Below, piece after piece: positions 24,201 through 38,000 of a stretch of 64,000 bases of DNA. Each line of letters starts with the position of its first letter. Position 1 is the first letter of the stretch. Under the pieces are notes generated by a model that saw only the letters and a program-made list of their open reading frames with translations, was not told where the DNA came from and searched no databases. Origin of the DNA: Ramazzottius varieornatus. Lineage: Eukaryota; Animalia; Tardigrada. The stretch spans positions 748,581-812,580 of the forward strand of contig BDGG01000013.1 of assembly GCA_001949185.1 (NCBI GenBank), written 5' to 3'. The translations under genes were made by a program, and so were the position numbers.

Positions 24201-25756
24201 AGGGATGCTGAAGTTGCAACGATACTGATGGTAGTGTAGTTGCTGACACGAAAGCTGCAGTTCAGCTCTTCGAAACTCTCATCGGAAGAGAGCTGTGGCA
24301 AAGTGCCAGCACAAACTGCCTAAGGACAATAATCTTTCTGTAAGATTGCTAAGCACGAACTTTGCTCATGTACGGCAACAAACCAGCCGCTAATTGTGCA
24401 GTAGAATGTAAGATCCAATGTGAGGATTGAGAATTGAAAGTTGCAAAGATTTCATCATGGCTTACAAAGAAGCGACTCATGCGGACCAGTGGCGTCGCCT
24501 GAGATCGAGTCATTACAAGTATTTAACAAGTATTTTAGCACTATGGATATAACTCTGACGACCAGATTGTAAGTGCCAACCAAGCTCCAGTGATCGACCA
24601 AGATCAGCGTTCTAGTCTTGCCGGTGAACCAATACGATCCATTCCAACGTAACAAAAAGCGCGTCAGGTTGGACGAGTCGAAATTCATGGTCAATGAAGT
24701 GCTACAACCACCCTAGTCATCAAGGCTCCGGAATGTGGCACAAAACGCAACGCAGTAAGCATACCATGCAGCTGCCGGTATAGCCGAAGGTCAATCGTTA
24801 CATAATGAAACAACATGCATGTGCCGTAAATTATTTTAGCATATTAGGGTCGTCTGTCTAGTTACAGGATCTTTATCCTACTAATTTCGTCGTTATACTC
24901 TCGGGCTTCTCTGGAAGAATAGTGCGTTTTGGCTCAAGGTGAGACGTTATGATGGAATATCAAAGGACGGCTTTGCATGCACCTACTGTATTCAAGGAGC
25001 CTTAGCATGTCATTACTAGCAAATGTACACTTGATGTTCGCCGATCGCGGAATTTTTTTCGGCTCGTGCCGTGAAAGAGCAGCCTGGCGTTAAAGTAGAG
25101 TTGTCTATCTGAGCCCCGACAGCCTTCCCTCACGCGGCTCCTTTTGTCTTTACTAGTTTTCGCTGTATGCCTTTATTGGAGGCAGCCCGCAAAACTGGCG
25201 GCGAACATCCTTCGCTGCTTAGCAAGCAGCACCGTTATTTTGGGAGCCTGCCCGAACGCCGTGACGTTCTCTCATAGTACAGTAGTAGGGGTACGAGCCT
25301 CGTGTGACTGTCGTTAGCTGGCCGTTATGTAACGATAGCTTTGCCGTGTCCGCCATTATTGCTGGCTATGGTGGCGGTCAGTTGCGCCACTGGTTGCTTC
25401 AGCTCTTCAAGTGTTCGCTCGGTGGGCAACTGTTTAGGAAGGACGAGGATAGCTGCCGACTTTACCTTGGGCTGTTGCTTCTTTGAAGGTAGTCCGCGTC
25501 CTTTCGGCAGCGGTGGAGATGTTCATGTCTCAAAAGATAGTGCTTAAGACCTCCCATTTTTATTAATAATATTACAAGCAAAATTTGCCTTGCATCACGA
25601 AAGCTTGACATGAAGAGACAAAATTTCCGCTCCATTACGACGTATTACTAATTTTCTCCAACTTCTGATCGGAACACAGCACCACTGGCCAAGCCCAGGT
25701 TACGCAGGGTTTTTTAACAGCTTAGCAGTGCCGGAATGGAAGCAGGATACGTGGCT

Positions 25757-26294
25757 CTACTTGTCAGGTATAGGATCGACCAAACTTTCGGTAAGACTTT
25801 CCCAGAGACCTATCCCAAGGTTTTTTCCATATTCGAAGGGACCGCAGCAATATGGCACCTTCGAGCGCGTTTTACAGCACATATTTTTATCCGAAGTGTC
25901 CAGTCCAAAGACCGAGTTTTCCATCCGTTCAGTAACCGTCGGGCATGTAAAGGGGCCGCAGTCCATTCCAAAGCTGGATGTTCCTACATACGAACAACGC
26001 GGGTTATGCCATCCACCCGGTTTTGATGGCTGTCTAGTGTATTGACCACTAAACTGTCACGTCAGCCTGTGTACAGTAGATTCAATTACACCACATGCCA
26101 AGGGTAGTACAGTGCACAATAAAGTTTGAAATCGGAGGAAGGCATAAGCCGCATTGTGGATCAGAAAGGGTGAACTGGATGGCGGGAACGGACTGAAATT
26201 CTAGCGCAATATCGTAACCAACAATCTTACCGGATACGAAAACCAAGCCAAGGAGGCCAAGGATTAGAGCCCAGCGGCGGCAGATTGTTGCCAT
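25757..26294 (-). CDS. small secreted Cys-rich protein with a Shisa-like cysteine pattern
   Basis: Signal-peptide exon MATICRRWALILGLLGLVFVS followed by a GTAAG donor. Second exon RC...FTCP...MCC...PYCC. No TM exon was found. Confidence 0.45.
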
Positions 26295-27411
26295 GTTGCA
26301 AACCGGACGTTCGACGGCGCGTGGATACAGAGGCTTGTTCTACAATTTCCGAAAGTTCCAAGAAAGCAAACACTCGCAAAACCGAACAGTAACAAGGAAA
26401 CCGAAAAATCCGGCTGACTGCTGACAGAGCATTACGTGCAATATTTGACGGTCGAACTCGGTTTTCTTCTGCTGACAGCGTACCTTGAAGCATGCACCTA
26501 CAGGTGTTTTTCCCGGATTGTTTCCCGATTTGTATCATGCGGCGCACTTGCACCGAATTGTCTGAGGAAAGAAAAAGTTGAGCACCCTTTCGGTGAAGTC
26601 GCGCTGAGGCATTCTGGAGTGGTCGGCTTAATACTGCATAGCGCTTGTATTTTCCGGGCTTTCTAGGAAGAAGACAGTGTGGGGCCGACCCACTGGGTCG
26701 ACTATAGTGAGAAATGTCCTATCAATCAACTGCAACGTCAACTGCAGCTTTGGTCGAACATTGCGACAAGGCTGGCAGCGGACAAAGATTGACAGAGTGC
26801 TGATGGGTGTCCGAGCCTATGCAGCGTATGCAGTATGCACGTATGGTGGTGCGCGACTACTCCGCTTCCAATCAGAAGGGCGCGACAAGCACATACCTAC
26901 TTCATATGCTCACACGCTTGTAGGCGCCTGAATGAGTGGTTTGGCGGCTTTCCATATCTGTTCCAATCGGCGTCCAGACCTTCCTGCGACGTTTTCGCTA
27001 TTATTGCTGTACAAACATTTTTCACTATGCTGTAATGCTTCATGTTCGCGAAGCAGGCCATCGAACGCGCGGAACATCCCTTAAGGGGTTGGTGGGGCAA
27101 GATTTTAGGACCGGGGTTCAACTTGACGCGTATGATAGATGACGTACTTCGCGAAGTTCATGAACCATTACAGTAGTCAACCTACACTGATAGGGAGATC
27201 CTAAAATATAACTTGCAAGACTGAACCCCATATTTCAATCGGGTCCGTGTGCAATCCACAGCGTTGTCCGCCACTCGGATTGCTTGGTGATAGTCGAGTA
27301 ATAACGATGATAGTGGGTACAACGTAGTTTGTGGATAAGGCCGGCACAAACGCGCAAATCCAAATCGGTACGATATGGGGAAGGTCACTGCCTAAAGCCG
27401 GTTGATAGCTA

Positions 27412-27994
27412 CACTGAGCCCCATATCTATCTGTCCACCCCCATCTTCGTTTCAAAACTTCATAACTTATTTCGCACTAACCCGATTTTGATACGTTGAA
27501 CGTCTTAATAGAGATCAGTGTTTGATCTTTACGACCACGTGACTTCCGTACGAATCAATCAGCTAATCAACTGGCAGTATCATCCCTAGAAACACCTAAC
27601 ACTGCCTTGTTTTCAGCTCCGAGTTGCGGGAGCTAGCCAGCAGATAGCACATCATGCTTAATACTACTATGTAGCCCCAACCTTAAGCTTTCAAGTAAGC
27701 CCATGTGAGAAGTTTTTGCTCACTTGTTGGGGCTACATAATAGTAACAAGCATGATGTGCTCTCTGCTGGCTAGCACCCGTAACTTGAAGCCGAAAACAA
27801 GGCAGTCTTAGGTGTTCGTAGGGATGATATTGCCAGTTGATTTGCTGATTAATTCATACGGAAGTCACGTGGTCGTAAAGATTCAACACTGATCTCTACA
27901 AAAACGTTCAACATATCAAAATCGGGTCAGTGCAAAATAAGTTATGAATTTTTGAACAAAAATGGGGGTGGAAAGATACTTATGGGGCTCAATG
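27412..27994. mobile_element. 583-bp near-palindromic Tc1/mariner-type MITE
   Basis: TA-CACTGAGCCCCATA...TATGGGGCTCAATG-TA, with ~270-bp arms around a ~40-bp loop. Confidence 0.9.
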
Positions 27995-29486
27995 TATCGA
28001 TAATTGGGAAAATAAGATGACATCGGTGACGCCCTAACCGACATGGTTTCGAATTACACAGCTGGTAGCCAAGTCGCTATGAGGAGTAATATTGAGTGAT
28101 AAGACTCACTGGTTCTACTTTAGTACCACCGAGATGCCCAGATCGCCAAGGAGACTGATCAGGTACATTCCAAAGCAAGTTCGCAGAAGTGGGTGCGCAC
28201 AGAACAGCAGTAGTACGCCGAAGTTAGCAGCCGCGTCTACAATTGTCGTGGACAGTGTGAAAGACGAAGCAAAGCCCCAATGCCTACTGTAACTGGGAGC
28301 GTAGCTGCCATCGGTTCGATAGGGCGTTTCATTCGGATCCGCCGACAGGAGACAGCTGTGTCATCGTCTTGTCCCGGGTTTGTTCAGCATTGCCGATCGA
28401 CGAAAACTTCAATACAGATCAAACATATGCTTGGACGCAGCAGGTTCTTGTAATGTTCCGCAGAAGGTATGATAGGGGAGAGGCATGGATATTTGTAAAA
28501 TGCTGTTGTTCTGCTTCTTTTATGCCCACTCTTCTTCAACGACCAGCCAAAAACTCATTGGCCGGAAACCTGTCCACAAGGTACCGAAATCGACCTGAAA
28601 CTGTTACGATGTCAGAAAAAACTGCTTCTCCACTTTCAGTTCCGCACTTCGCTCCTGCGACACTTCTACCGGTAATATCAAAAAATAGGGGCTATCAAAG
28701 TTCCAAGAACTGACGATGCAAAGCATGTACGTACATACCTCGGTTTCGGGTGGGTACTCCCTTTCGCGCGAATTGCATTTTGCATACTCGTAACCAGGAC
28801 GGTAAGCTTGTGCTGGGCTCCTACTTGTCTTTTACATGTTTTGAAACTTGAAAACGAAAACCGATAAATCTACAGTGTTCGGAAGAAAAAAATAATTTCA
28901 CACGAAAGATTACAGTGCAGCCTTGATCTGCGCGACCGCAGGCTTGAGGGTTTGACTGTTTTGCCATCCGGGGACCAAAACCTAATGTAATACACCTAAT
29001 GCCATTCTTAAAAGTACACAAGCACGGAAATTAAAATCTTCTTTTCCCCACGGGAACGAACGGATTGAAAGCAGGGCATGAATTTCTCCAGCCTATAAAA
29101 ACTTGGTGCCATCACTTAAGCGTCGGTCCACCCAGTGCGTGGTGTTTTATCTAGGAATATTTTATTACCGTTGAAATGAGTGTGCACGATAATGGCAGTT
29201 TAAGGAAGAACCATCTGCTTGGCGGTCACAAGCTATTTCACCAGTACCGGCTTGATACAGGCGGAATGCTGTCACCAGGTACCGGAAACGGTTGCTGCTC
29301 ATAATCGGCAAGAAGGTTGTTGATGTCATCGAAAAACAGCTGGTACTGGGAAAGTGAAACCTTCTCGCTGACCAACGGATCCGGCAGGAGAATGACGACC
29401 AGCCTAAAGCCGGCCCAAAAACTGACATTTTCACTGTTGTCCGTGGCGTTTATTATTTCATTTGGATCATGGTTTGTCATGGATTA

Positions 29487-31417
29487 TTTTAAAGTGCCTA
29501 TCATCTCGCGGACGTTTCGGACCCGGTTAGCATTTACGTGTACCGGGTGTAGGTTAGCGGGTCACTGTACAGCTGATGTACGGTAATGCATGTACCGTGC
29601 AATTTCTCAAAGCTCTTCTTTTCTGTCACCGACTTCCGATTAGTGAACAGTAGTCACCTCTAACTGTACGTGGGATACTTCATACTTATTACGCGAATGG
29701 GACGACCGTAGAACCGGTATTGTGCGGACGAAAACGACGGCTAGTCGATGAGTATCACATAGAGAAAAGTCTCAAGGGAATATCCATTCGTCAATTTACA
29801 TTGCTGAAAAATATTCCAGAGACTACGTTACACAGTTGGCTCAAGAAGTAAGTATGATCCTCACCTCATCTATTTGTAAATTTTGCTCCTCTACTGCATC
29901 GAGTAAACCTTAAATCTGAAACGTATGAATAGGCCTACCGATTCACCGGCAATGAAGAGGAAGCGACAAGAATGTTTCCCTGATATGGAGAAGGAGGTTT
30001 ACCTTTACGTCTTGTTACAACGCGACGAGCAGCTGGAAGTCCTGAACTGCGATATTCAAGAAAAGGCATTGGAAGTAGTTAACCGAGATCATGGTGAAGA
30101 TCCAGGCTTTGCAGCTTGTAATCGATGGGTCCTCGACTTCCGCAAGCGTTTCTGTCTTGTGTACCAGAGAATCACAAAAATCGGACGCAAGATGTCTTTC
30201 ACAGCAGACGATATCGTAAGCAGGAAAAACCTTGTTTGTATGCTTGTTTATATTTATGTTTGTCCTGTACGGCGTACCAAAGTGCCTCCACTCTGCGCTA
30301 TGGTACACCATCGTCTCAAGACGTGTGTTCCGTGGTAATTGAAACCATGCTGTTTCAGATAAATCACGAGAATTTCTTCCTGTTGATCGAGGAACACATC
30401 TACGCTCACCAGACTCCCAAAAATCGTATACTCAACATGGATCAGACAATGATTCGACTAGTGTCGCCGGGGAAGAAAACTGTATCGTCCAAGGGAGTGA
30501 ATGGTGTAAGATCATGTTTGGAGTTTAGTGGAGTCTTGACTCATTTCGAATTTTTGATGTTGGAATCGTAGGTGTCTGTCAAGCATCCTCCAGGCGAAAA
30601 AGAAGGGTTCACGATTAATTTGACAATCGGTGCTGACGGCAGAAATCTCCCGGCGAAAATTGTCTTCAAAACTGCGGCTAAGAGTGGCAAGTTGTCAGAC
30701 AATTTTGTGGCGAAGTTGGAAGCTCCTACGAATGTCATTATCAAGAGTGCGTGGAGTGTTTGGTGGAATGAGGATCATGACAGAAAATATATTGAAAAAA
30801 TGTTTCCCATGAATCAAGAGTTCACGGTGTTAGTGAGAGACAGCCATTCAGTTCACAAATGTCCGCAGATTTGGGGTATGCTCGATGATCGAAATACAAA
30901 ACAGATCATCATACCTGGTGGAATGACTGGGAAGTGGCAGCCATTAGACGTGAGCGTCAACAAATGTTTTAAAGACTACTTCAGAGCTTCGTATCGCTCC
31001 TGGCGGAAGAACAACATCGGCTTCACCAAAAGTAGAAATCTGCGAAAGCCAGAAAAAAAAATTTCGTAGTCCATTTCTGAGTCGTGGGATAAAGTTAGCG
31101 AAGATACCGTGCGAACATCTTTTTACGCTTCTGAAGTTTTACGACGTGAAAAATCTCTGCCTAACCAGAGCAAGTTTTCCGTAGGAGAGGTTGTTGAAGA
31201 GCCGGATAGCGATTTGGACGTAAGTTTTTACAACGAAAGCTCTTTTGTGGAGTCTGATATTGAAACCGATGCGGTGCAAGTTAATTCCGAAGATATGACG
31301 TAGCATACATGGCCTATCGTATTGATTTACAGCTGTACTTGAACTTCTGTATTTTTCGCCACGCATAAATGTGCCACCCGGGTCCGAAACGTCCGCGACA
31401 TGATCGGCACTTTAAAA
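29487..31417 (+). mobile_element. pogo-like DD35D transposon with intron-containing transposase
   Basis: TIRs TTTTAAAGTGCCTATCATCTCGCGGACGTTTCGGACCCGG and its near reverse complement, TA TSD. CENPB-type HTH (F.AC.RWVLDFRKRF), NMDQT, RDSHSVH, QPLDVSVN (35-residue spacing). Introns about 30216-30358 and 30506-30571; frameshift at the A-run ~31055. Confidence 0.9.
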
Positions 31418-31818
31418 TACATGTTGGTGGCTCTGAACAGACTTCAGTTTATCATCGTCGACTGGATCCGATCAGTTAAATGCGAAAGACTTGGCGGATC
31501 TACCGGAATGAGCTACAACGACTCCGGCAGCCTGGACTTGTGGTGCCGACAGCACCTTCGGCAAAACGAATCCAATATCCTGATTGAGAATACCGAACTG
31601 AATACCCTCTGGGCTATTTCTTCGTCAGTCATTACGGTTGGTGGATTGGTGGCCACTTTCGGTTGCACACTAGCCGTCAACACGTTGGGCATGAAAGGTT
31701 CACTGTTGTTCACCAGCGTGGTATTCACTGTGGGAACGCTTCGTGCACCTGCTTACCGGGTTACTGAAAAAAATGTACGGCTCGCTGTATGTAGGTGGAT
31801 GAAGCAACAGTTTCTTAC

Positions 31819-32438
31819 CGTAAGCGCCACCGTAGGCCTTCCTGGTGATTATGGTGATCTTTCGTACGGTGGCTTCAGCGTAAGCATACAGCAATTTAGC
31901 CTCATGTCGGATGATGCCTTCGTACTCTTGAGCGGTGCCTGGAAGGAACCCCGGCACATCGACGAACGTGATTATCGGAATGTTGAAGGCGTCGAAGAAG
32001 CGAACGAAGCGCGCGCCTTCTACCGAAGCGTTGACATCCAAACAACCTTCAAAAAACGAATTTGTAAGATTGCGAAGTTCAAGTTGGCAAAACATGTTTT
32101 ACCGGCTGCGACTTTTTCGGTTGGTTTCCCACAATATCAACGGTCCTGCCGTTCACCCTGCCGAATCCCGTGATGATATTCTTGGCGTAGTCCGGCATGA
32201 TGTCGAAGAAGTCAGCTTCGTCGACGATCGGTTCGATGACATCGAGCATGTTGTCGGCGGCGGTGGACTGTAGCGGAATGACGGTGTCTAGTGAGGGAAT
32301 ATCCCGTTCCCACGGGTCAATATTGGCTCGGATGGGTGCAGCGTCCTGGTTGGAGAGGGGCAGGTAGTTCATGAAGGAGCGCAGGTTCAGCAAGGCGTCA
32401 ATGTCGTTCTCGAAAGCCCGGTGCGCCACACCGGAAAC
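31819..32438 (-). pseudogene. PCCB: internal fragment of propionyl-CoA carboxylase beta chain, with introns
   Basis: [39 protein letters not shown] / [64 protein letters not shown], then a GTAAG donor. Substitutions occur at conserved sites. Confidence 0.9.
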
Positions 32439-32941
32439 GGGTCAATCTTGTGGCGTCGGTTTTCGATCTGGTTGACAAAGGCGAAATCAAGGTAGGACCG
32501 TATCCTGGTATGCACAAAGGCATGATACCTCTCCATGAGTCGTCTGGAGTGTTCGTCAAAAAGGGAATACCCAGAAGGTTAAAGTTGGTGTTACAGGTGT
32601 AACGAGCCACCATCATCGGCCCCAGCAGCATGACGGCTTGCTGGTTGGGCCTGACTACTCAGTAGGCAAATCGCGATATTAATGGCCCAGGATGGGACAC
32701 TCGTTACTGTGTCAGGTTGAGAGATTGACGGAATCCGGTTCAACCGTTATTTCCGGATTCACCTCTTTCTCGGCACTCCTTTCCGGGCCCGTTCCCGTTC
32801 GACGGGCTATGGATCTGCCGCATGGGTAGCAAGTGGGCATCCCATTTTCCCAGTGCTGAATCAACGCGGCGTAACCTACGGATGAATAACGTCGCTGGCC
32901 TTTGCGATAATCTAGAGTTCGCCGGTAGCGATGTATGCAGA

Positions 32942-34381
32942 CTAATCTCGCTTACCCGATAAGAGACGAAAGTTGTCCTCGGTGGTTGGCACGGCGTCTC
33001 TCATGTATGTGTCACTGGTGCTGGCAGCCTCATGGCGGTGGCCGACGTCAAGTATATCGATTGCCGCACGAAGGACCTTCGTGGGAGTTGTTGCCTGTGA
33101 GCCGGCTAGTGAATAGACGTTGGTTGGCGTTGCCGAGTGGAAAGAGTCGTCATCTTCCGTAACCAGGTCCACTTGCTGCCTCGATTCTCCTTCTGCTTCG
33201 TCGAACATTACCGGCGATACGTTCTGTTTCCTACCACAAGCTCCATAAGCATCATATCTTGACGTCGCATTCACTAGTGCCTTTTTATTCTCTCATTCTA
33301 GAAAGGCTGTATGATTTACTTACGGCACGGTTTAAGGGTTCCGCAATCCCCGATGGCTCTATACCAGCTAGCGGCTTCGCAGGCTGATCATTGCTGGCTG
33401 TCCGTGCCGATCTAGACGGTGACTAGACAGAGAAGATTGCTGTGTGGCGATCGAGCATGCAGTTTGTCGTGGACGCAATTCCAGTCGCGTCCTGCGCATT
33501 TTACGTGTCGCACGCTTACTGTGGGCAGAAAAAACTTTACATGGTTAACCGGTACAGGAGAGGCCATGACAGCTAGAGGCGCTGAGCCTTGCGGCGGTGG
33601 GGGGACGTGGTCGCACTTCCCCGAGAGTTACATCACTGCGGAATCGTCGGATTCTATGCTCGTCAAAGTATTCAACGTGGTAGGCAGGTCCTTCAAAGTT
33701 TCCGTTGACCCGAACAGAGCCAAACACCATCTGTTGCCGGTCTAGCGTGAAGAACAAGGCTGACGTCCCTGGGTGCAAGTCCTCCTTCAACTGCAACGAA
33801 AAAACAGTGGACGTGAGTCGACTTGCGTCCACTAATTTCCCCGAAAGAACTATTGTGAAGAATAACGGATAATCTTACGGAGAGCTCATGAGCTCGCTGA
33901 TTGTCAGAGTCTAGCAAGTGAACGACGCGTCGAGATCGTCGTGAGAGCGCCATGAAAAGAACCTTGCCGACAAAGTCGTCAGTGTCGCCTGCAATGATTT
34001 CGCCTACGGCCAGACAAAAGTAATACACTGGGTCAGATGCAAGATTTACTGAGAGAAGCCAGTGTACCGTATAACTTAATCTGTTCCACCTTCTTCTCCC
34101 GCTTCGCATCGTCTGCGCGCACCATTTCCTCCGCTTCTTCTCTCTGCCAAGTAATTAGGATAAGTCCTGCCTTTAGTCTTATATTAGACTGGTATAATAT
34201 GCCACCAGGACAATCTTACACAAGTTTTCCCAGGCTCTTTTTGTAAGAAGTAGGTCGTGTCGATGTTGGGGCCGTCCAGTTGGTCGGATATGGCTAGCAA
34301 GGAGCTCTTCTTTCCAGTGGGTAGAAACTCCACTACCGAAATGTTGGGATCACCGGACCACGGGCGAACGCGTTTCGTCAT
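32942..34381 (-). CDS. unknown spliced gene or remnant, possible Tudor/SH3-like barrel exon
   Basis: Consecutive in-phase GT-AG joins: MTKRVRP..GKTC / REEAEEMVR..KLY / GEIIAG..HELS / LKEDLHPGTSALFF..YHVEYFD..VTLGEVRP. The 3' end is uncertain. Confidence 0.45.
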
Positions 34382-34483
34382 GGTTCAGTGGTACGCTCAA
34401 ATCCTACAAAACGCAAAGGTTCTAGTGGACGCAAACCCTGCCGCATCCGCTCTTTTTCCCGCTCAAATCCCCACACCTGCGCG

Positions 34484-34548
34484 TGACGTCACGGCATATT
34501 GTACATTGCTGGTTACAGTGCTATACAGGCGGAATAAACATGACGTCA
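34484..34548. promoter_or_regulatory. two TGACGTCA (CRE/ATF) palindromes in a short divergent intergenic gap
   Basis: Exact TGACGTCA at 34484-34491 and 34541-34548, between ATGs at 34381 (-) and 34610 (+). Confidence 0.4.
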
Positions 34549-35060
34549 CGTGTTGCACAAGCCTCAGCGGGCCAAACCGTACTCTTCACGCCCGTCTCGT
34601 CACGTTGCGATGACAAGTGTGCGAAGAACTTCCCGTCGAGAGACTGGACATTTTAAACATCTTTTCTTGGCATACGACTGGGACGAGCCAACGGCAAAGA
34701 CTTACCGTAACAATGCTTTTTCCTGTTCTTGGATGAGTTAAGATGACATGGCCGTTCGAAGTTGTTCCGTGCACCTGAGTACTCAGGCACGATCCAACGA
34801 GGATGTCCACCAAGACTGGCTCGGCAGGCTTTATCGATGCAGTAAAGATGGCAACTGACGGGATGAGACACGGTTTCATCAGCGGGAGAAGTGGATAGGG
34901 AGACGGAAATCCGGGAAATTCGCAATCAAGAAGTCTAAACCCAAAGGTCGGTGCGGGTGCAGTTCAACGTGAACAGTAAAAAATGTCGGGGTGAGTTATT
35001 GAGATTCCGCTGCTGACTACGCGTACCGATGAGTCATCGGTTGGTTCGGTGCCCGTTGAG

Positions 35061-38000
35061 TAGACCTGGCAATGGTGTGGTTTACCACACCACTCCGAAA
35101 AAAACCACACTTTTCGGTTTCGGTGTGCGCAAAACACCAAACCGAAAAAAGTGGTGTCCGTTTTACACCGAATCGTCGGTTTCGGTGTTCGAGGACACCA
35201 CATCACACCAAACCGAAAAACTCTCGGTGTACCGGTGTTAAATAATAAAACAAATAAATAAGACCATTACCGCAAATCCTCGACTACGCTCGGTAGTTGA
35301 TTGACACACGGTGTTGATTATTTCGTGCTGCAGAGACCCATAATCTGACAGATGCGGGTTGTTTTCCTATGGATGTGTACCTTCTTGTCCTTTATCGAAC
35401 TTTCGCCCATATCCTCTGAACTCAGCTAGGTAGCATGTTTCGAAATAGGTTAACGTGGGACCAAGAGCTGGAGCAAATTCGCGCGGAGAGCGAAGAGAGA
35501 GATGGCACACGACTCGAAAGGGATGATGGCGAAATAGCCGACACCCATGTGCTAATGGATACTGCCCCAGCTGCCTCGCCGTCCCCGTCTCTAAGTTCAC
35601 CAACGTCGACTGTCAAGAGCAAGAAGAGTGCGAAAGATGTGAAACATCGAGCGCCTGTCTACAAGTACTGGAAGCATGATGAAAGAGCCAAGAAGTTCAA
35701 GTGTGGCTTTGGTAACTGCACGCAGACTTACGCGGACAGCAATTCCAGCTCTGTACTATCAACTCATACCAAGGGTTGTCATCGAACCGACTGGGAGAAA
35801 GCAGAAGGAAAGACGGCCAACTCCACCAGCTCACAATCAGCAGCAGTCCCGAAAGCCTTTCAGCCCGTCGTTCCAAAAATGAGCCGTAAAGAGCAGCAAG
35901 CGCTTGATGATCGACTCAAGCGACTCATCACCGGCGGAAATCTACCCTTCGCTCTTGTGGACTATCCTGAATTCATAGAGTTTGCCCGAGCTTTGAATCT
36001 TTTGTAAGAAGTCCCCAGCAGGAACACATTGAAAGCCTGGCTCGTTGCGGATTTCGGGAAGTACAGGCAGAAGGCAAGCCCTACTGCTTGAAAGTAATTT
36101 TACTCTGGACTCATTTAACATTTGGTCATAGTGCAATTTGTTTTCTAGGTGAGGGGACAGTTGGCTAACGTACCTGGCAGAATCTCCCTAACGTTAGACC
36201 CATGGACATCTGTAGCCCAGGAAGGATACATGGAGATTACTGCACACTGGGTGACTTCTGAACTCGAGCTAGAGGAACTACTGCTCGGGTTTGTCAGCTT
36301 ACCAGCAGAACATTCCAGAGAAGCTCTGAAGGAAGAAGTCACGGCAGTCTTAAGAGAGTACGGTATCGCGCACAAGACGTTCGGTTGGACCATGGATGGG
36401 ACTGCTAACATGAAAGCCTTTTTTAACGATATAAAACCAGAACTTCAACTAGAAAGCAAAAGTTAGAATGTCAATACACGAGGTACAACATCACGAACCA
36501 GTTTTGTACGAGAAAAGTTCAAAGACTAACTTGCTTTGGTAACTAAGACCTAATGTGCTGGAAAAATATTTTTTATTTGTTTTTTGCAGTGTCGGAATTC
36601 CGTCTACGATGTGTCTACCATGTAATGAGCAACGTAGCAGAAGTTGGTGTCGAAGATGACCTGAAGATTGTAGGCCGAATACGCGAAATGGTAAAATTCG
36701 TCCGAAAGCCTAAAGCAAAGAAGCAGTACATCGCGTTACGAGGGTCAGAGAAGGACAAGGACAAAGACAGGCACCTCAGATTACCCTTGGATGTCTCGAC
36801 AAGATGGAACAGTACTCTACCAATGCTGCGCGGTGCTTACGAGGCAAGACATCATCTGAAAAGGTATGCTGCTACTTATGGTACCACCGCGTTCAAGAAG
36901 AATTTGCTCAAAGATTCCGAATGGGAAGACGTGAGCCGTCTGATAAGTTTCCTGGTGCCGTTAGAGCAAGCTACTAACGACTGCTCGGCATCACGTTGTC
37001 CTACATTTCATCTCGGCAAGCAGTGTCTTTCAGTTCTCCACGACCACTTCAAGGTAAAAATAGTTAAGTGAGAAAAGAGCTGCGTTAATTTGTCAAATGT
37101 AGTTCCACGTCTCCACTTCGGATCATGGATTCTCAAGTTACTTTATTGGAACAAAACTATTTTTTCACGGAATTCGATCTAGTTACATATTGAAATCCGA
37201 ATGGAAGTTGCTCTTCTCTCAGGTTAATTATTTTTCCTTAAGGTTGTGCAAGATGATCCAACCGAGGTAAGGGTGAACTTCCGAATTCACTAAATTGGTG
37301 TTTGTGCATGATAATCATTTGCAGAAACCCTATATCAAAAGAACTGCTGCGAAGATGGCAGCCAAGCTGACGTCAGTGGAGCCCGATAGTTGGCAGCAAA
37401 AAGCCGCAACCGTGGCTCTTCTTTTGGATCCATGCGCCAAAACAAATGCCTTCGCGCACCCGGAAGAAAAGCTACGAGCCATTGAAGTGCTGAAGAAATA
37501 CGTCGGTCTTTACTCTGATCAGAGTATCGGAATTCCGCACAGTTCCACTGTTACAAACTCACAGCCTGCATCTCTACGCGATTCTTCCCTGCAAAAAATC
37601 ACCAGCGGTTTGACTGCTCAACAGAACGAAGTCGACAGTTATCTCGGAAGCTCTGCGGAGCCAAAATGTGGCGTGCTGCTGTGGTGGAAGTCCCGCCGTG
37701 ATGTTTTCCCTGTTTTATCTGAAATCGTAATGGACTTCATGGCTGTATCTGCATCTTCGGTACCATCTGAACGTTGGTTTTCTCGCGCTGGCAAGGTTGT
37801 TACCAAGTATAGAAGTTCGCTTGATAGTTTCACCGTGCAAGTTTCAATGTGTTTAGAATCTTGGTATTTTTTTTGAGTTTCCGTGTGCGGCGCAGTTTGA
37901 TTTGTCGATGTCGAACTAATATTGAAAACTAGCTCTTAATAATTTTTCGGTTTTTCGATTTGGTATGGTGTGGTGTACCGAAAGTTTGGTGTGGGATTTG

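Noticed and set aside
25200-25530. Possible gag-like fragment on the minus strand
   Set aside because: No complete zinc knuckle, LTR or pol sequence nearby.
31400-32173. 257-aa ORF as a real chimeric protein
   Set aside because: It is pogo TIR + GLUT piece + antisense PCCB read-through, with no sign of function.
35061-35240. Short repeats resembling a CRISPR array or satellite
   Set aside because: Irregular hAT subterminal repeats mirrored at 37945-38123, with no repeat-spacer periodicity, in a eukaryotic context.
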